A stretch of DNA of 64,000 nucleotides from Myxococcota bacterium (lineage in GTDB: Bacteria > Myxococcota_A > UBA796 > CAJQPC01): NCBI GenBank assembly GCA_036229005.1, contig JAZAMN010000048.1, forward strand, positions 1 to 64,000. The letters run 5' to 3'. The notes beneath the pieces were generated by a model. That model searched no databases. It was given only the letters and a program-made list of their open reading frames with translations, and was not told the origin of the DNA. Of this stretch, positions 30,276 through 41,270 are shown piece after piece (the stretch's first letter is position 1; the number at the start of each line of letters is the position of its first letter). The translations under genes and the position numbers were made by a program.

Positions 30276-30498
30276 TAGCCGCCGCGCTGGCCGCCTCCAG
30301 CGACCCCGTGGACTTCCAGCGGCGCTTCGCCCGCCGCCTCCGCGCTTGGTTCTGGACCCTCCCCGCCGGCATCGGCATGGGGACCCTCCGGGCCTGCCCG
30401 CGCCTGAGCGTCGGCGTCTCACCGGAGCGCTCCGGCGTCGACTCCGCTGGCAACGGCCCAGCCATGCGCAGCGCGCTGCTCGGCGTGGCCCTCCAGTG

Positions 30499-30676
30499 GT
30501 TCTGCCGGTCCGAAAATGCAGGCAAGGAGAGCGTCCGGCAGAACCCGGGCCCGAGTGGGCCCGCGGGGGTTGCGCCGTCAGGCGCACTTCCGGGGGTGTC
30601 CCCCGGAGAAGACAACAGTTCTCTGCAGCACGAGTTCCGACACTCGAAGGGTGTCGGAACTTGTGATTCGGAGAAC
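30499..30676. mobile_element. 178-bp structured element, copy 2, flanked by TG...TG
   Basis: Same ends and same five-hairpin layout as copy 1, with diverged loops. Confidence 0.85.
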
Positions 30677-31363
30677 TGGTACAGATCCCCGCCTACGTCT
30701 CCGCGGCGACCACCCTCACCCACACAGACCCCCGTGCGGAGTCCGGCGCCCTGGCCGTGGCCCTCGCGGCCCACCACCTGGCCCGGGGTGTCCACGGCCC
30801 CGAGCTCTTGAGCGTGGTCGCCGAGGCCCTGGAGGAGCCGGAACTCCGCGCCCTGATCCACCAGGCCGCCGACCTGGCCCTCCAGCCCGCCCCCGTCCCT
30901 GCCCTCATCCAGGCCCTTGGCCTGGAGGCCGGCGTCACCGGCTTCGTCAGCCACACCGTCCCCGTCGCCCTCACCCTGGCAGCGATCGCCCCCGACTTCC
31001 CCTCCGCCATCGAGCGGGCCATCGCCCTGGGGGGTGACACAGACACCGTCGCCGCCATCGTGGGCGCCCTGTGCGGGGCGCGCTTCGGGCCCGACGCCAT
31101 CCCCCCGGAGTGGGTCGCAGGCATCCGTGACTGGCCCCTGTCGGTGCCCAAGCTCAAGGCCCTCGCGGCGGCCCTGGCGGAGGGAACGCCGCCCCCCCGG
31201 ATCTCCTGGTTCGGCAGCCTGCTGCGCAACCTGGGGGTGTTCATGCCGCTGGTGTTTGGGCACTTGGGGCGGCGGGCGTTGCCGCCGTATTGAGGGTGGG
31301 CAGATCGAGCCGACCGGCCACGGCGGGGACGACGGTGGCTCAATCTGATCCCCAGTCCCTCGG

Positions 31364-32281
31364 TCAGAGCGCCGGCCCCCTGAACACCCCACCCTTGTCC
31401 CGGTCCCGATGCCACCGGATAAAGCGCAAGTCCACCGGCCCATAGCCAGGAAGCGGCTCCCGCAGGGGCTTCCCGTGGAACTGGCGCAAGCGGGCCACCG
31501 CCTCGCTGGTCCCTGTGAACTCCGCAGACACCAGCACACGGCGCTCGTCACTGAGGGTCCAGGCTCCCTTGTCAAAGAGCATGTGCAGCGTAGGCTCCAG
31601 CGCAACACCGTTGTTGCTGAGGTCCGGACCGCCCATGGAGTGCCACTTGACGTGGGCCGCTTCCACACCCAAGAAGCGTCCCCCGAGCGCCGCCCGGAAC
31701 CCCGTCACCGCGCAGCGGTGCTCATAGCCCCGGAGCACCCGGCGCCGAAACCCAGGATCCCGGCGCCGCCGCAATACCGCCTGAGGGACCAGCTCCGCCA
31801 CCTCCAATGGCAGCTCCCCTGACACCCCCACGGCCTCCAGGATCTCCTCGTGCAGCGTGTCAGGAAAGTGCCTCTCCAACAGCGCCTGCACCACCTGCGT
31901 TCGCAGTACCCCGTCGGCAAGTAGTGCGTCCGCGAGCTCCGCAGGCAGTCCCCCATGGGTCTGCCGGAGGGCCCCCATTCTGGGGAAGCCACCGCGCTGA
32001 AGCGGCAGGTGGTCCGCATCTGAGACAGTCCACAGCCCATCACTGCGCAGGTACCAGTAGGGCAGCTCCGGCTGGTGTCTGGACAGCACCGGCGGCGCGT
32101 AGCCGTCCAACAAGGGCTCCAGCGCTTCCTCCACCTCCGCGAAAGACAACACGCGGGCCCCTCGCTCCAGCGCTGCTATCGCGACCAGCAGCAACAGGGG
32201 CTTGTGCGGCGCCCTGCGCTCCCCGCGCGTGTAGACCTTGAGCGCTTGTACCCGCCCCAGCACCTCCGACCTGCTCATCAT
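31364..32281 (-). CDS. SBD-HNH phosphorothioate-DNA-dependent restriction endonuclease-like
   Basis: N-terminal RAPHKPLLLL and PYWYL (sulfur-binding-domain-like); C-terminal RDPGFRRRVL, EAAHVKW, NGVAL and HMLFD HNH motifs. Confidence 0.8.
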   Translation of the reverse strand: MMSRSEVLGRVQALKVYTRGERRAPHKPLLLLVAIAALERGARVLSFAEVEEALEPLLDGYAPPVLSRHQPELPYWYLRSDGLWTVSDADHLPLQRGGFPRMGALRQTHGGLPAELADALLADGVLRTQVVQALLERHFPDTLHEEILEAVGVSGELPLEVAELVPQAVLRRRRDPGFRRRVLRGYEHRCAVTGFRAALGGRFLGVEAAHVKWHSMGGPDLSNNGVALEPTLHMLFDKGAWTLSDERRVLVSAEFTGTSEAVARLRQFHGKPLREPLPGYGPVDLRFIRWHRDRDKGGVFRGPAL

Positions 32282-33102
32282 GGTCCCACCTCCACCGCCC
32301 GCTCCCCACCCCAGATCCACTCCGACCAGCTCCCCACATACAGGCGCCCCGGAATCCCCACCACCGCCGCCGCGAGCAAAATGTGACAGCCAGTCACGCC
32401 CGACCCACAGCTCGCCAGCACGGCATCCACATCCCCAAAGCTCTGGGCCAACGCCGACTCCCCCAGGAAGCGCCCATCGACCCCCAGGTTCTCCTGCCAG
32501 GGCCTGCTGCGCGCACCCGGGATGTGGCCGCGCACCGGGTCCACCGGGTTGGGCTCCCCCCGAAAGCGCGCGCCGCTGCGGGCGTCCAGCAAAGGAGTGC
32601 GCTCGGAAATGCTACGCGTGACCTCGCTGATGGAGACAAAGTGAGAGGCGGGCCAGGGAATGGGCGAGAGGCCAGGCGGTGGAGACGGGGTTGACGCAGC
32701 GGTCGAATCCCTTTCCTCCAAGGGCCCCTTCCCGGCCTGCAGGCCGCCATCCAGCACCGCGCAGGGCACCCCGATGGCGCGCAGCATCCACCACAGTCTC
32801 GCGGCGATGGCTCCGCCGGCGTCGTCGTAGGCGACCACCGGCCCGAGCAGCCCCAGGCGACCTCGCACAGAACAGAAGCGCTCGGGGCTCGGCAAGGGGT
32901 GTCGGCCTCGCGCGCCCGGTGGGTCGGAGAGATCCACGTCCAGATCGGCAAAGACGGCGCCGGGGATGTGCCCGGACAGGTACTCGGCGCGCTTGGGGCC
33001 CTGATCCAGCGACCAGCGGCAATCCACCACGCGCACCTGCCCCAGGTGGGCCATGAGCCAGTCGGCGGAGACCAGCGGCTGCGGGAATGAGAATGTCTGC
33101 AT
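32278..33102 (-). CDS. Tandem rhodanese sulfurtransferase (SseA-like)
   Basis: GHIPGA twice, GRHPLP, LDGG, CGSGVT active loop and LYVGSWSEW. Confidence 0.9.
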   Translation of the reverse strand: MQTFSFPQPLVSADWLMAHLGQVRVVDCRWSLDQGPKRAEYLSGHIPGAVFADLDVDLSDPPGARGRHPLPSPERFCSVRGRLGLLGPVVAYDDAGGAIAARLWWMLRAIGVPCAVLDGGLQAGKGPLEERDSTAASTPSPPPGLSPIPWPASHFVSISEVTRSISERTPLLDARSGARFRGEPNPVDPVRGHIPGARSRPWQENLGVDGRFLGESALAQSFGDVDAVLASCGSGVTGCHILLAAAVVGIPGRLYVGSWSEWIWGGERAVEVGP

Positions 33103-33144
33103 GGGGTGCAGCGTACAGCAGGCCTGGACACTGTAGAATCCCCC

Positions 33145-35649
33145 ATGCCCCTCGCAAGCGCCCTGCCCTTCGTCCTCTCGCCGTCCACCACGGAGCTGCC
33201 CTATGGCGGCCCCGGCAGCCAGGGGCCCGACCGGGACTGGGACCTGCTCGCGCTGCACCTGGATCTGGACCTCCAGCCGGAGCAGGGTCGGGTGGAGGGG
33301 TCCGTGACGCTGCGCTTCTCTCGGATCACCCCCCAGCCCGGTCCCATCGTGCTGGATCAGGTGGGCCTGTCCATCAGCGAGGTCACCAGCGCCGAGGGCC
33401 TGCCGATGCAGTGGGAGCAGGTCGGCGACCACCTGGTCATCCAGCCGGTCCTGAACATGGAGGGTCAGTCGGTCAAGGTCCACTACAGCGCGGAGCCCCA
33501 CACGGGCCTGCACTTCCGCCGGCCAGGGCCGGACAGCCCAGACAGCGCGCTGCACCTCTTCTCCCAGGGCGAGGGCGAGGACAACCGGCACTGGATCCCC
33601 CTCCCCGACCACCCGGGCGACCGCTTCGCCTACTCGGGGCGCTTCACGGCGCCCGAGGGCCTCAAGGTGCTCTCCAACGGCCAGGGCACCCAACACAAAG
33701 ACGGGAGCTGGCACTACCAGATGCAGCACGATCTGGTGGCCTACCTGGTCATGGTCGCCGCGGGTCCGTATCAGGTCTACGAGTACCCCACGGACGGCGT
33801 GCTCACCCAGCAGTGGGTGCTCCCCGCCTACAGCGAACAGAGCGCGCGCAACGTGGGCCACCGCCTCCCACAGATGTTCGAACACATGGCCCAGCGCACG
33901 GGCATGCCCTACCCCTGGCCGGTCTACCGCGAGGTGTACGTTGAGCGCTTTCTGTATTCGGGCATGGAGAACACCACCGCCACCGTGATGTCCTCCGACC
34001 GCGTGCTGCTGCCCGATGACCTGGCCGCGACCCGCCGCTGGGGCGAGAACGTGGTGGCCCACGAGCTGGCCCACCAGTGGTTCGGGGACGCCCTGACCTG
34101 CGACACCTGGAGCGAGCTGTGGCTGAACGAGGGCTTCGCCACCTTCATCGCCCACGACACCCTGGCCACCCTGAGCTGGCAACCCCAGGACTACGCCTGG
34201 TCCACCCACACCTGGGTGCGGCGCTCCCAGAGCTCCGGGCCGCTCTCCGACCGGGGCTGGTCCCCCGGAGACCACGGGCGCCCCAGCAACAACGTCTACA
34301 ACCACGGCGCGATGGTGCTTCAGATGCTGCGCGTGATGCTGGGCGAAGAGCTCTTCTGGGCCGGCATCCGCCGCTACGTTGCCGACAACCGCATGGGCCT
34401 GGTGGAGACCGCCGACCTGCGCGCCGCCATGGAGGAGGTCAGCGGCATGCACCTGCGCTGGTTCTTCGACCAGTGGGTGCACGAGCGCGGCGCCCCCAAG
34501 GTCAGCGTGCGACACCGCTATGACGCACAGTCCGGGACCCTGGTCGTGGACATGCGACAGGAGGCCCCCAAGCAGAGCCCGCTGCGCACCCTGATGGTGG
34601 AGCTGGAGATCCCGGGCAGGGGCATCGAGCGGCTCTGGCTCAGCGAGGCCCAGAGCACCGTCCGCATCCCGGTGGACGGCCGCCCCAAGTATGTGTCCGT
34701 GGACCCCCAAGGCGGGCTGCTGGCCGACCTGGACGTCACCCAGAACGAGCTCCAGTGGGTCGCGCAGCTCGAGAGCCCCCACCCCTACGCGCAGCTCCAG
34801 GCCATCCTGGCGCTGCAGGACTTCGGCGGCCCCCAGACCCTGGTCGCGCTGGAGGCGCTTGTCCGGGACCCCAAGCAGTCCCAGCGCTTCCGCGCCCAGG
34901 CCATCGAGGCCCTGGACACCCACCCCGCCGCCCTGTCGCTGCTACAGCAATATGCGACAGACGCCGATCCGGTGCTTCAGCAGGCCGCCATCGCCGCGCT
35001 GGGCCGCCGACCGGAGCCTCAAGCCCTGGGGACCCTGCTGGGGCTGTCTCAGCTCCTCCCCGACGTGCAGGCCACCTGGATCCGGGCCGTCGCTGGTCAC
35101 AGCCCCGACAAGGCCGTGCGCCTGGCCCGAGGCATGGTCAGCGGTCGCCCCGGCGCCCCCGCGAGCCCCCAGGAGTCCGCCGCGCTGCAGGTGCTGGGCG
35201 AGCACGGCGACGACAGCGATCTGCGCCGCATCCTCAAGCGCATCAGCCTGTCCTCGCCGGAGTCCATGTTGCCGAGCGCGATGAACGCCGCGGCGAGCCG
35301 GGTGTTGGACCCCGACCGTCCCGAGGGCCACCAAGCCCTCTCCTCCAGCTTCACCCGAGCCGTCGTGCCGCTGCTGGGCTCAGACGCGCTCCGCACCCGC
35401 CAGCGCGCCATCTACGGGCTGCAGCAGGCCGGAGACACCCAGGCCATCCCGGCGCTGCAGGTCCTGGCCCGGAGCAGCCGCGTCCCGGGGACCGCCGACT
35501 CCTGCGCCGACGCCATCGAGGCCATCCGCGCCCGCCAGCAGGCCCCCGAGCTCCAGGACGACAACGCCCTGCGCGCTCAGCTCGAGGGGCTGCAGGAGCA
35601 GCTCGACGCCCTGGAGGAGACGGTCCAGGCGCTCCAGGAGCGATACTGA
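33145..35649 (+). CDS. M1 aminopeptidase with HEAT-repeat C-terminus
   Basis: SGMEN and HELAHQWFGD...WLNEGFA motifs. Confidence 0.92.
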   Translation: MPLASALPFVLSPSTTELPYGGPGSQGPDRDWDLLALHLDLDLQPEQGRVEGSVTLRFSRITPQPGPIVLDQVGLSISEVTSAEGLPMQWEQVGDHLVIQPVLNMEGQSVKVHYSAEPHTGLHFRRPGPDSPDSALHLFSQGEGEDNRHWIPLPDHPGDRFAYSGRFTAPEGLKVLSNGQGTQHKDGSWHYQMQHDLVAYLVMVAAGPYQVYEYPTDGVLTQQWVLPAYSEQSARNVGHRLPQMFEHMAQRTGMPYPWPVYREVYVERFLYSGMENTTATVMSSDRVLLPDDLAATRRWGENVVAHELAHQWFGDALTCDTWSELWLNEGFATFIAHDTLATLSWQPQDYAWSTHTWVRRSQSSGPLSDRGWSPGDHGRPSNNVYNHGAMVLQMLRVMLGEELFWAGIRRYVADNRMGLVETADLRAAMEEVSGMHLRWFFDQWVHERGAPKVSVRHRYDAQSGTLVVDMRQEAPKQSPLRTLMVELEIPGRGIERLWLSEAQSTVRIPVDGRPKYVSVDPQGGLLADLDVTQNELQWVAQLESPHPYAQLQAILALQDFGGPQTLVALEALVRDPKQSQRFRAQAIEALDTHPAALSLLQQYATDADPVLQQAAIAALGRRPEPQALGTLLGLSQLLPDVQATWIRAVAGHSPDKAVRLARGMVSGRPGAPASPQESAALQVLGEHGDDSDLRRILKRISLSSPESMLPSAMNAAASRVLDPDRPEGHQALSSSFTRAVVPLLGSDALRTRQRAIYGLQQAGDTQAIPALQVLARSSRVPGTADSCADAIEAIRARQQAPELQDDNALRAQLEGLQEQLDALEETVQALQERY

Positions 35650-35655
35650 GCGGCC

Positions 35656-37500
35656 GTGCGAGAGACCCTCACCACCATCGGCCGCTACCGCATCCTGGGC
35701 CTGCTGGGCGAGGGTGGGATGGGCCTTGTGTATCGCTGCCAGGCGCTGGACCCAGAGGTCTTCGAGGCCCAAGGCGGCCCCGTCGCGGTCAAGCTGCTTC
35801 ATCGACACCTGGCGTTGAACGCCGGGGTTCGTGAGCGCTTCGAGGCCGAGGCGCAGCTCGGGATGGCGCTGGACCACCCGGGCATCGTCAAGGTCCACGC
35901 GCTGATCCAGGAGGCCGACAGCCCCGCCCTGGTGATGGAGCTGGTGGAGGGCGCCCCGCTCTCGAAGCTCCCCCTCCCCCTCCCGCTGGCCGAGGTCTGG
36001 GCCGTGCTTCAGCAGGTGGGTGACGCCCTCGCGGCGGTCCACGCGGCCGGCATCGTGCACCGGGACCTCAAGCCAGCGAACATCATGCGCACGCCCCAGG
36101 GACGCGTGGTGCTGCTGGACTTCGGCATCGCCAAGCAGGGCATCGGTGGCGCCACCCGCACGGGCCTCGCGCTGGGCACCGTGCAGAACATGGCGCCCGA
36201 GCAATACACAAACGCCAAAGCGGTGGACGCCCGAGCCGACGTTTATGCGACAGCCCTACTGGCCTTTGAGCTGCTCGCGGGCGCGCCCCCCTGGCCGGCG
36301 GAGCTCTCCGAGTTCGAGATCCTCACCCGCAAAGCCCAGGGCGATCTGCTCCCCCTGGCCAGCTTCCGCCCCGAGCTGCCCGCCGCCCTCTCGCAGGTGC
36401 TGGCGCTGGGCCTGCAGCCCGATCCCGCGCAGCGCTTCCAGTCCGTGTCCGCGCTGATCGGTGCAATGGAAGCTGCCGGTCTCGCCGCTCTGGCTCAGCA
36501 GTCCCCCCAGCCTCCGGCTCCGGAAGAGGAAGCCAGTCCTCGCCGGGACCCGGATCCGGGCCCACCGCCCGAGCCCCCGGGTGTACCGACGGTGGACCCA
36601 GATCCTCCCGCCGCCGAGGTCACCGGTCCCCTGTCGCAAGAACCCCCAGACAGCCCTCCGGTCCCAAGACGCAGAAACCGCTGGCTGTGGCTGGTCCCCA
36701 CCCTGGGTCCGCTGCTGCTGCTCGGGGGCGCCTGGGTGGGCATGCGCGCGATGCGTGGGCCGCTGCTGGGCAAGCACGGAACCCGCCTGGTCGAGGTGCG
36801 CCCGGGGACCGCGCTGGTCGGCCCCAAGCAGACTCCGGCCGTGCTCACCTACAGCTACCGGATCGCCACCACCGAGGTGACCCAGGCCCTCTATTCGGAG
36901 CTGATGGACGGCCCCGGCTGCGTGGACGACTGCGCGCCCGAGCTGCCGGTGCACGGGGTCACCTGGATGGATGCGGTGGTGTTCTGCAACCGGCTCAGCC
37001 TGCGGGAGGGCCTGACGCCGGTCTACTACGTGAGCCCCGAGGGCGCGGTCTGGGACACCCGCGCGGACGGCTACCGGCTGCCCACCGAGGCGGAGTGGAC
37101 CCGGGCGGCGCAGGCGGAGCAGCTCGACCCCTTCGCCGGCAGCAGCGACCCCGCCCAGGTGGCCTGGTTCGGAGACAAGGTCTGGGCGGACGACGCCCCC
37201 GCGCTGCTCCCCGCCAACAGCCAGGGCCAGGTGCACGCGGCCGCCTCCCTGGCGCCCAACGCTTGGGGTCTGTACGACATGAGCGGAAACGTCGCCGAGT
37301 GGGTCTGGGACTGGGAGGGCGCCCCCGACGCGCTGCTCCCCGACCCCACCGGCCCCGCCCAGGGCAGCCGCAAGCTGGTCAAGGGCGGTAGCTACCTGAT
37401 GGCCGCCCACTACGCACAGGTGGACGCCCGCGCCTCCCGCGCGCCCCTGGACCCCACGCCGGGTGTGGGCTTCCGCATCGCCCGCGGGCCCCTGCCATGA
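35656..37500 (+). CDS. Ser/Thr kinase - TM - FGE-sulfatase (SUMF1) domain protein
   Basis: HRDLKPAN, DFG, RLPTEAEW, NAWGLYDMSGNVAEW and GFRIAR motifs. Confidence 0.9.
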   Translation: MRETLTTIGRYRILGLLGEGGMGLVYRCQALDPEVFEAQGGPVAVKLLHRHLALNAGVRERFEAEAQLGMALDHPGIVKVHALIQEADSPALVMELVEGAPLSKLPLPLPLAEVWAVLQQVGDALAAVHAAGIVHRDLKPANIMRTPQGRVVLLDFGIAKQGIGGATRTGLALGTVQNMAPEQYTNAKAVDARADVYATALLAFELLAGAPPWPAELSEFEILTRKAQGDLLPLASFRPELPAALSQVLALGLQPDPAQRFQSVSALIGAMEAAGLAALAQQSPQPPAPEEEASPRRDPDPGPPPEPPGVPTVDPDPPAAEVTGPLSQEPPDSPPVPRRRNRWLWLVPTLGPLLLLGGAWVGMRAMRGPLLGKHGTRLVEVRPGTALVGPKQTPAVLTYSYRIATTEVTQALYSELMDGPGCVDDCAPELPVHGVTWMDAVVFCNRLSLREGLTPVYYVSPEGAVWDTRADGYRLPTEAEWTRAAQAEQLDPFAGSSDPAQVAWFGDKVWADDAPALLPANSQGQVHAAASLAPNAWGLYDMSGNVAEWVWDWEGAPDALLPDPTGPAQGSRKLVKGGSYLMAAHYAQVDARASRAPLDPTPGVGFRIARGPLP

Positions 37501-38753
37501 CCCGGCGAACCTGGCTCTTGGGGACCGGTCTGGTCCTGGCTCTGGGGCTCTTCGTGGGCTTCGGCCTGGATCCTCTGCGGCGCAGCGCCATCCTGCTCTT
37601 CGACGTTGGCTACGCGGTGACCACCGACTCGCTGCAGCCGGACTTCTCGGGAAAGGACGCCGAGCGCCAGCGCGTCGACATCGCGCTCACCCCCGTTCTG
37701 GACGGTCTGCACCAGCTCACCGACCTGCAGCCCATCCCGGGCACCGACCACCAGGCCTTCGTGCTCCAGAAGACCGGCGAGCTGCTCTGGGCGGACCTGG
37801 AGACCGGCGCCACCCACACCCTGCTGGAGCTGGAGGTCGTCACGGACTCCGAGCAGGGCCTGCTGGGCATCGCGGTCACGCCCGACTTCACACAGTCTCG
37901 GCGGGTCATCCTGGACTACGTGGTGCGCAATGGCGGCGACTTCACCGTCATCCGGGAGTTCACCCTGGAGGGCCCGCCCGACAGCGGCCGCCTGGTGCCC
38001 GGCGAGATCCTGCTCTCGGTCCCCCAGCCCTACCAGAACCACAACGCCGGTCAGATGCACTTCGGCCCCGACGGCATGCTCTACATCTCCATGGGCGACG
38101 GCGGCTTCCGCTTCGATCCCCAGGGCAACGGGCAGAAGCTGGAGAGCCTGCTGGGGACCCTGCTCCGGGTGGATGTGTCCACCCCCGGGACCCTGACGGT
38201 GCCCTCGGACAACCCCTTCGTGGGACGCGCGGGCGCCCGCGAGGAGATCTGGGCCTACGGCCTGCGCAACCCCTGGCGCTTCTCCTTTGACCCCCAGGGT
38301 CGCGTGGTGCTGGCCGACGTGGGCCAGGATCTGTGGGAGGAGATCGATCTGGTCCAGGCCGGCGACAACCTGGGCTGGGATCTGATGGAGGCCACCCACT
38401 GTGTGGAGTCCGGCTGCACGGCGCCCCCAGGCCACGTCCCCCCCGTCTACGAGTACGGCCACGACGAGGGCCAGTCCATCACCGGCGGCTACGTCTACAC
38501 CGGAGACCGGGTGCCCGAGCTGCGGGGTCTGTATGTGTTCGGGGACTTCGTGCGCGGCCGGATCTGGGCGCTGGAGCTGCCCCAGGACCGCACGCAGCCG
38601 GTGCAGGAGCCCAAGGCGCTGGGGCGCTGGCCGGTGCTGCTCTCCAGCTTCGGCGTCGACGGCGCGGGGGATCTGTATGTGCTCGACTACGGCCAGGGCC
38701 GGGTGCTGCGGGTGGACGCCCCGGCAGCGAGCCCACCGACTCCCGCCCCTTGA
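37497..38753 (+). CDS. PQQ-dependent glucose/sorbosone dehydrogenase family
   Basis: EQGLLGIA, NHNAG, FGPDG, AYGLRNPWR and SITGG motifs. Confidence 0.9.
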   Translation: MTRRTWLLGTGLVLALGLFVGFGLDPLRRSAILLFDVGYAVTTDSLQPDFSGKDAERQRVDIALTPVLDGLHQLTDLQPIPGTDHQAFVLQKTGELLWADLETGATHTLLELEVVTDSEQGLLGIAVTPDFTQSRRVILDYVVRNGGDFTVIREFTLEGPPDSGRLVPGEILLSVPQPYQNHNAGQMHFGPDGMLYISMGDGGFRFDPQGNGQKLESLLGTLLRVDVSTPGTLTVPSDNPFVGRAGAREEIWAYGLRNPWRFSFDPQGRVVLADVGQDLWEEIDLVQAGDNLGWDLMEATHCVESGCTAPPGHVPPVYEYGHDEGQSITGGYVYTGDRVPELRGLYVFGDFVRGRIWALELPQDRTQPVQEPKALGRWPVLLSSFGVDGAGDLYVLDYGQGRVLRVDAPAASPPTPAP

Positions 38754-38759
38754 GCCGCG

Positions 38760-40256
<1,497 letters not shown>

Positions 40257-40325
40257 GCCTCAGCCTACCCCAGCCCAGAGGCCCCGCCAGCGACACAGAC
40301 TGTCCAGCGGGCGGGACGCCCTGCG

Positions 40326-40619
40326 CTACTGGGGCAGCCGGATCTCCGGCTCCTTCTCGCGGGCCTTGTAGAGCAGCACCGTGCGGCCCAGGACCTGCAC
40401 CAACTCGGCGCCGGAGGCCTCGGCCAGCTCGGGGGCGACCTCCTTGGGGGCCAGGGTGTCCTGACCGACCTTGAGCTTGATGAGTTCGTGGAGCTCCAGC
40501 TCCTCCTGGATCTTGGCGACCAGGCCAGGGGTGACGCCGCGGCCACCGAGCTGCACGGTGGGAGAGAGGTGGTGGCCCAGGCCGCGCAGGTAGCGGCGCT
40601 GCTTTCCAGTGAGGGACAT
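40326..40619 (-). CDS. yhbY: RNA-binding ribosome assembly protein YhbY (CRM)
   Basis: LTGKQRRYLRGLGHHL, HELIKLKV and VQVLG motifs. Confidence 0.92.
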   Translation of the reverse strand: MSLTGKQRRYLRGLGHHLSPTVQLGGRGVTPGLVAKIQEELELHELIKLKVGQDTLAPKEVAPELAEASGAELVQVLGRTVLLYKAREKEPEIRLPQ

Positions 40620-40757
40620 GCTGACTGACTCCAGAGGGACGCCCCCCTAACCGACCGACGCGCTGCGGTCCTCGTCGGCATGGCACGGAGCCCTTCGGCC
40701 CTCTGGGTGGCGCCCCCGAATGCCGGGTTAGGCTGGGGTGTCCTGTGCTGAAAGGAG

Positions 40758-41192
40758 GTGCTGGTGCTTGCCCTGCTGCTCACGCTGCTCGCAGCGACTC
40801 CGTGGCCCGACCCCTGGGCCGCTCGGGGCTCGGGCGACGTGGAGATCCTGTCCACCGGCGAGGTCATCCCGACCCAGGACGAGATCCTGACCGACGGGAA
40901 GTACACCGTGCTGGACGTGGGCGCGCCCTGGTGCGCCCCCTGCCACGACGCTGCCCGCGCGCTCCGGGGCTACGCCGAGGGGCACCCCGACACCGCGATC
41001 CGGGTGGTCACCCTGGACGGCACCCCGGCCCAGTCGATGGCCGCGCCGGCGGCTGTGCTGGCGGAGCGCGGGAGCCTCCCGTGGCTGGTGGTCTACGCGC
41101 CGGATGGCGAGCGGGTCTACGCCGGGAACAGCCCCGCGAAGGCGCTCAAGAAGCTCGATCGGGCGCGCCGGAAGGATCAGCGCAGCGATTGA
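40758..41192 (+). CDS. Exported thioredoxin-like protein
   Basis: Signal peptide, WCAPC, AAAGGAG ribosome-binding site. Confidence 0.85.
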   Translation: MLVLALLLTLLAATPWPDPWAARGSGDVEILSTGEVIPTQDEILTDGKYTVLDVGAPWCAPCHDAARALRGYAEGHPDTAIRVVTLDGTPAQSMAAPAAVLAERGSLPWLVVYAPDGERVYAGNSPAKALKKLDRARRKDQRSD

Positions 41193-41270
41193 GCCCAGCC
41201 TGTCCTCGCCGGCGGATTGGGGCCCCTGAAACGCCCGCAGAGCAAGGGGTTTCAGGGTTATAGTCGCGGC

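Larger units (their letters stand above)
29906..31293 (+). pseudogene. ADP-ribosylglycohydrolase gene interrupted by two insertions
   Basis: Motifs in order across fragments: GTAVGDALG, SDDTE, SAGNGPAMR, TLTHTDP, GGDTDTVAAIVGAL. Stop inside insertion 1 and a frame change at insertion 2. Confidence 0.88.

Noticed and set aside
30104..30676. Integron attC sites or group I/II introns
   Set aside because: GTT/AAC order and flanks do not fit RYYYAAC...GTTRRRY, no integrase is present, and the elements are short with no recognisable intron core motifs.
33103..34923. Long N-terminal extension of the rhodanese ORF (881 aa)
   Set aside because: Antisense to the M1 peptidase. The real start is ATG 33102, preceded by a -10 box.
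40681..40697. TGGCACG as a sigma54 -24 box
   Set aside because: No GC at the -12 position.
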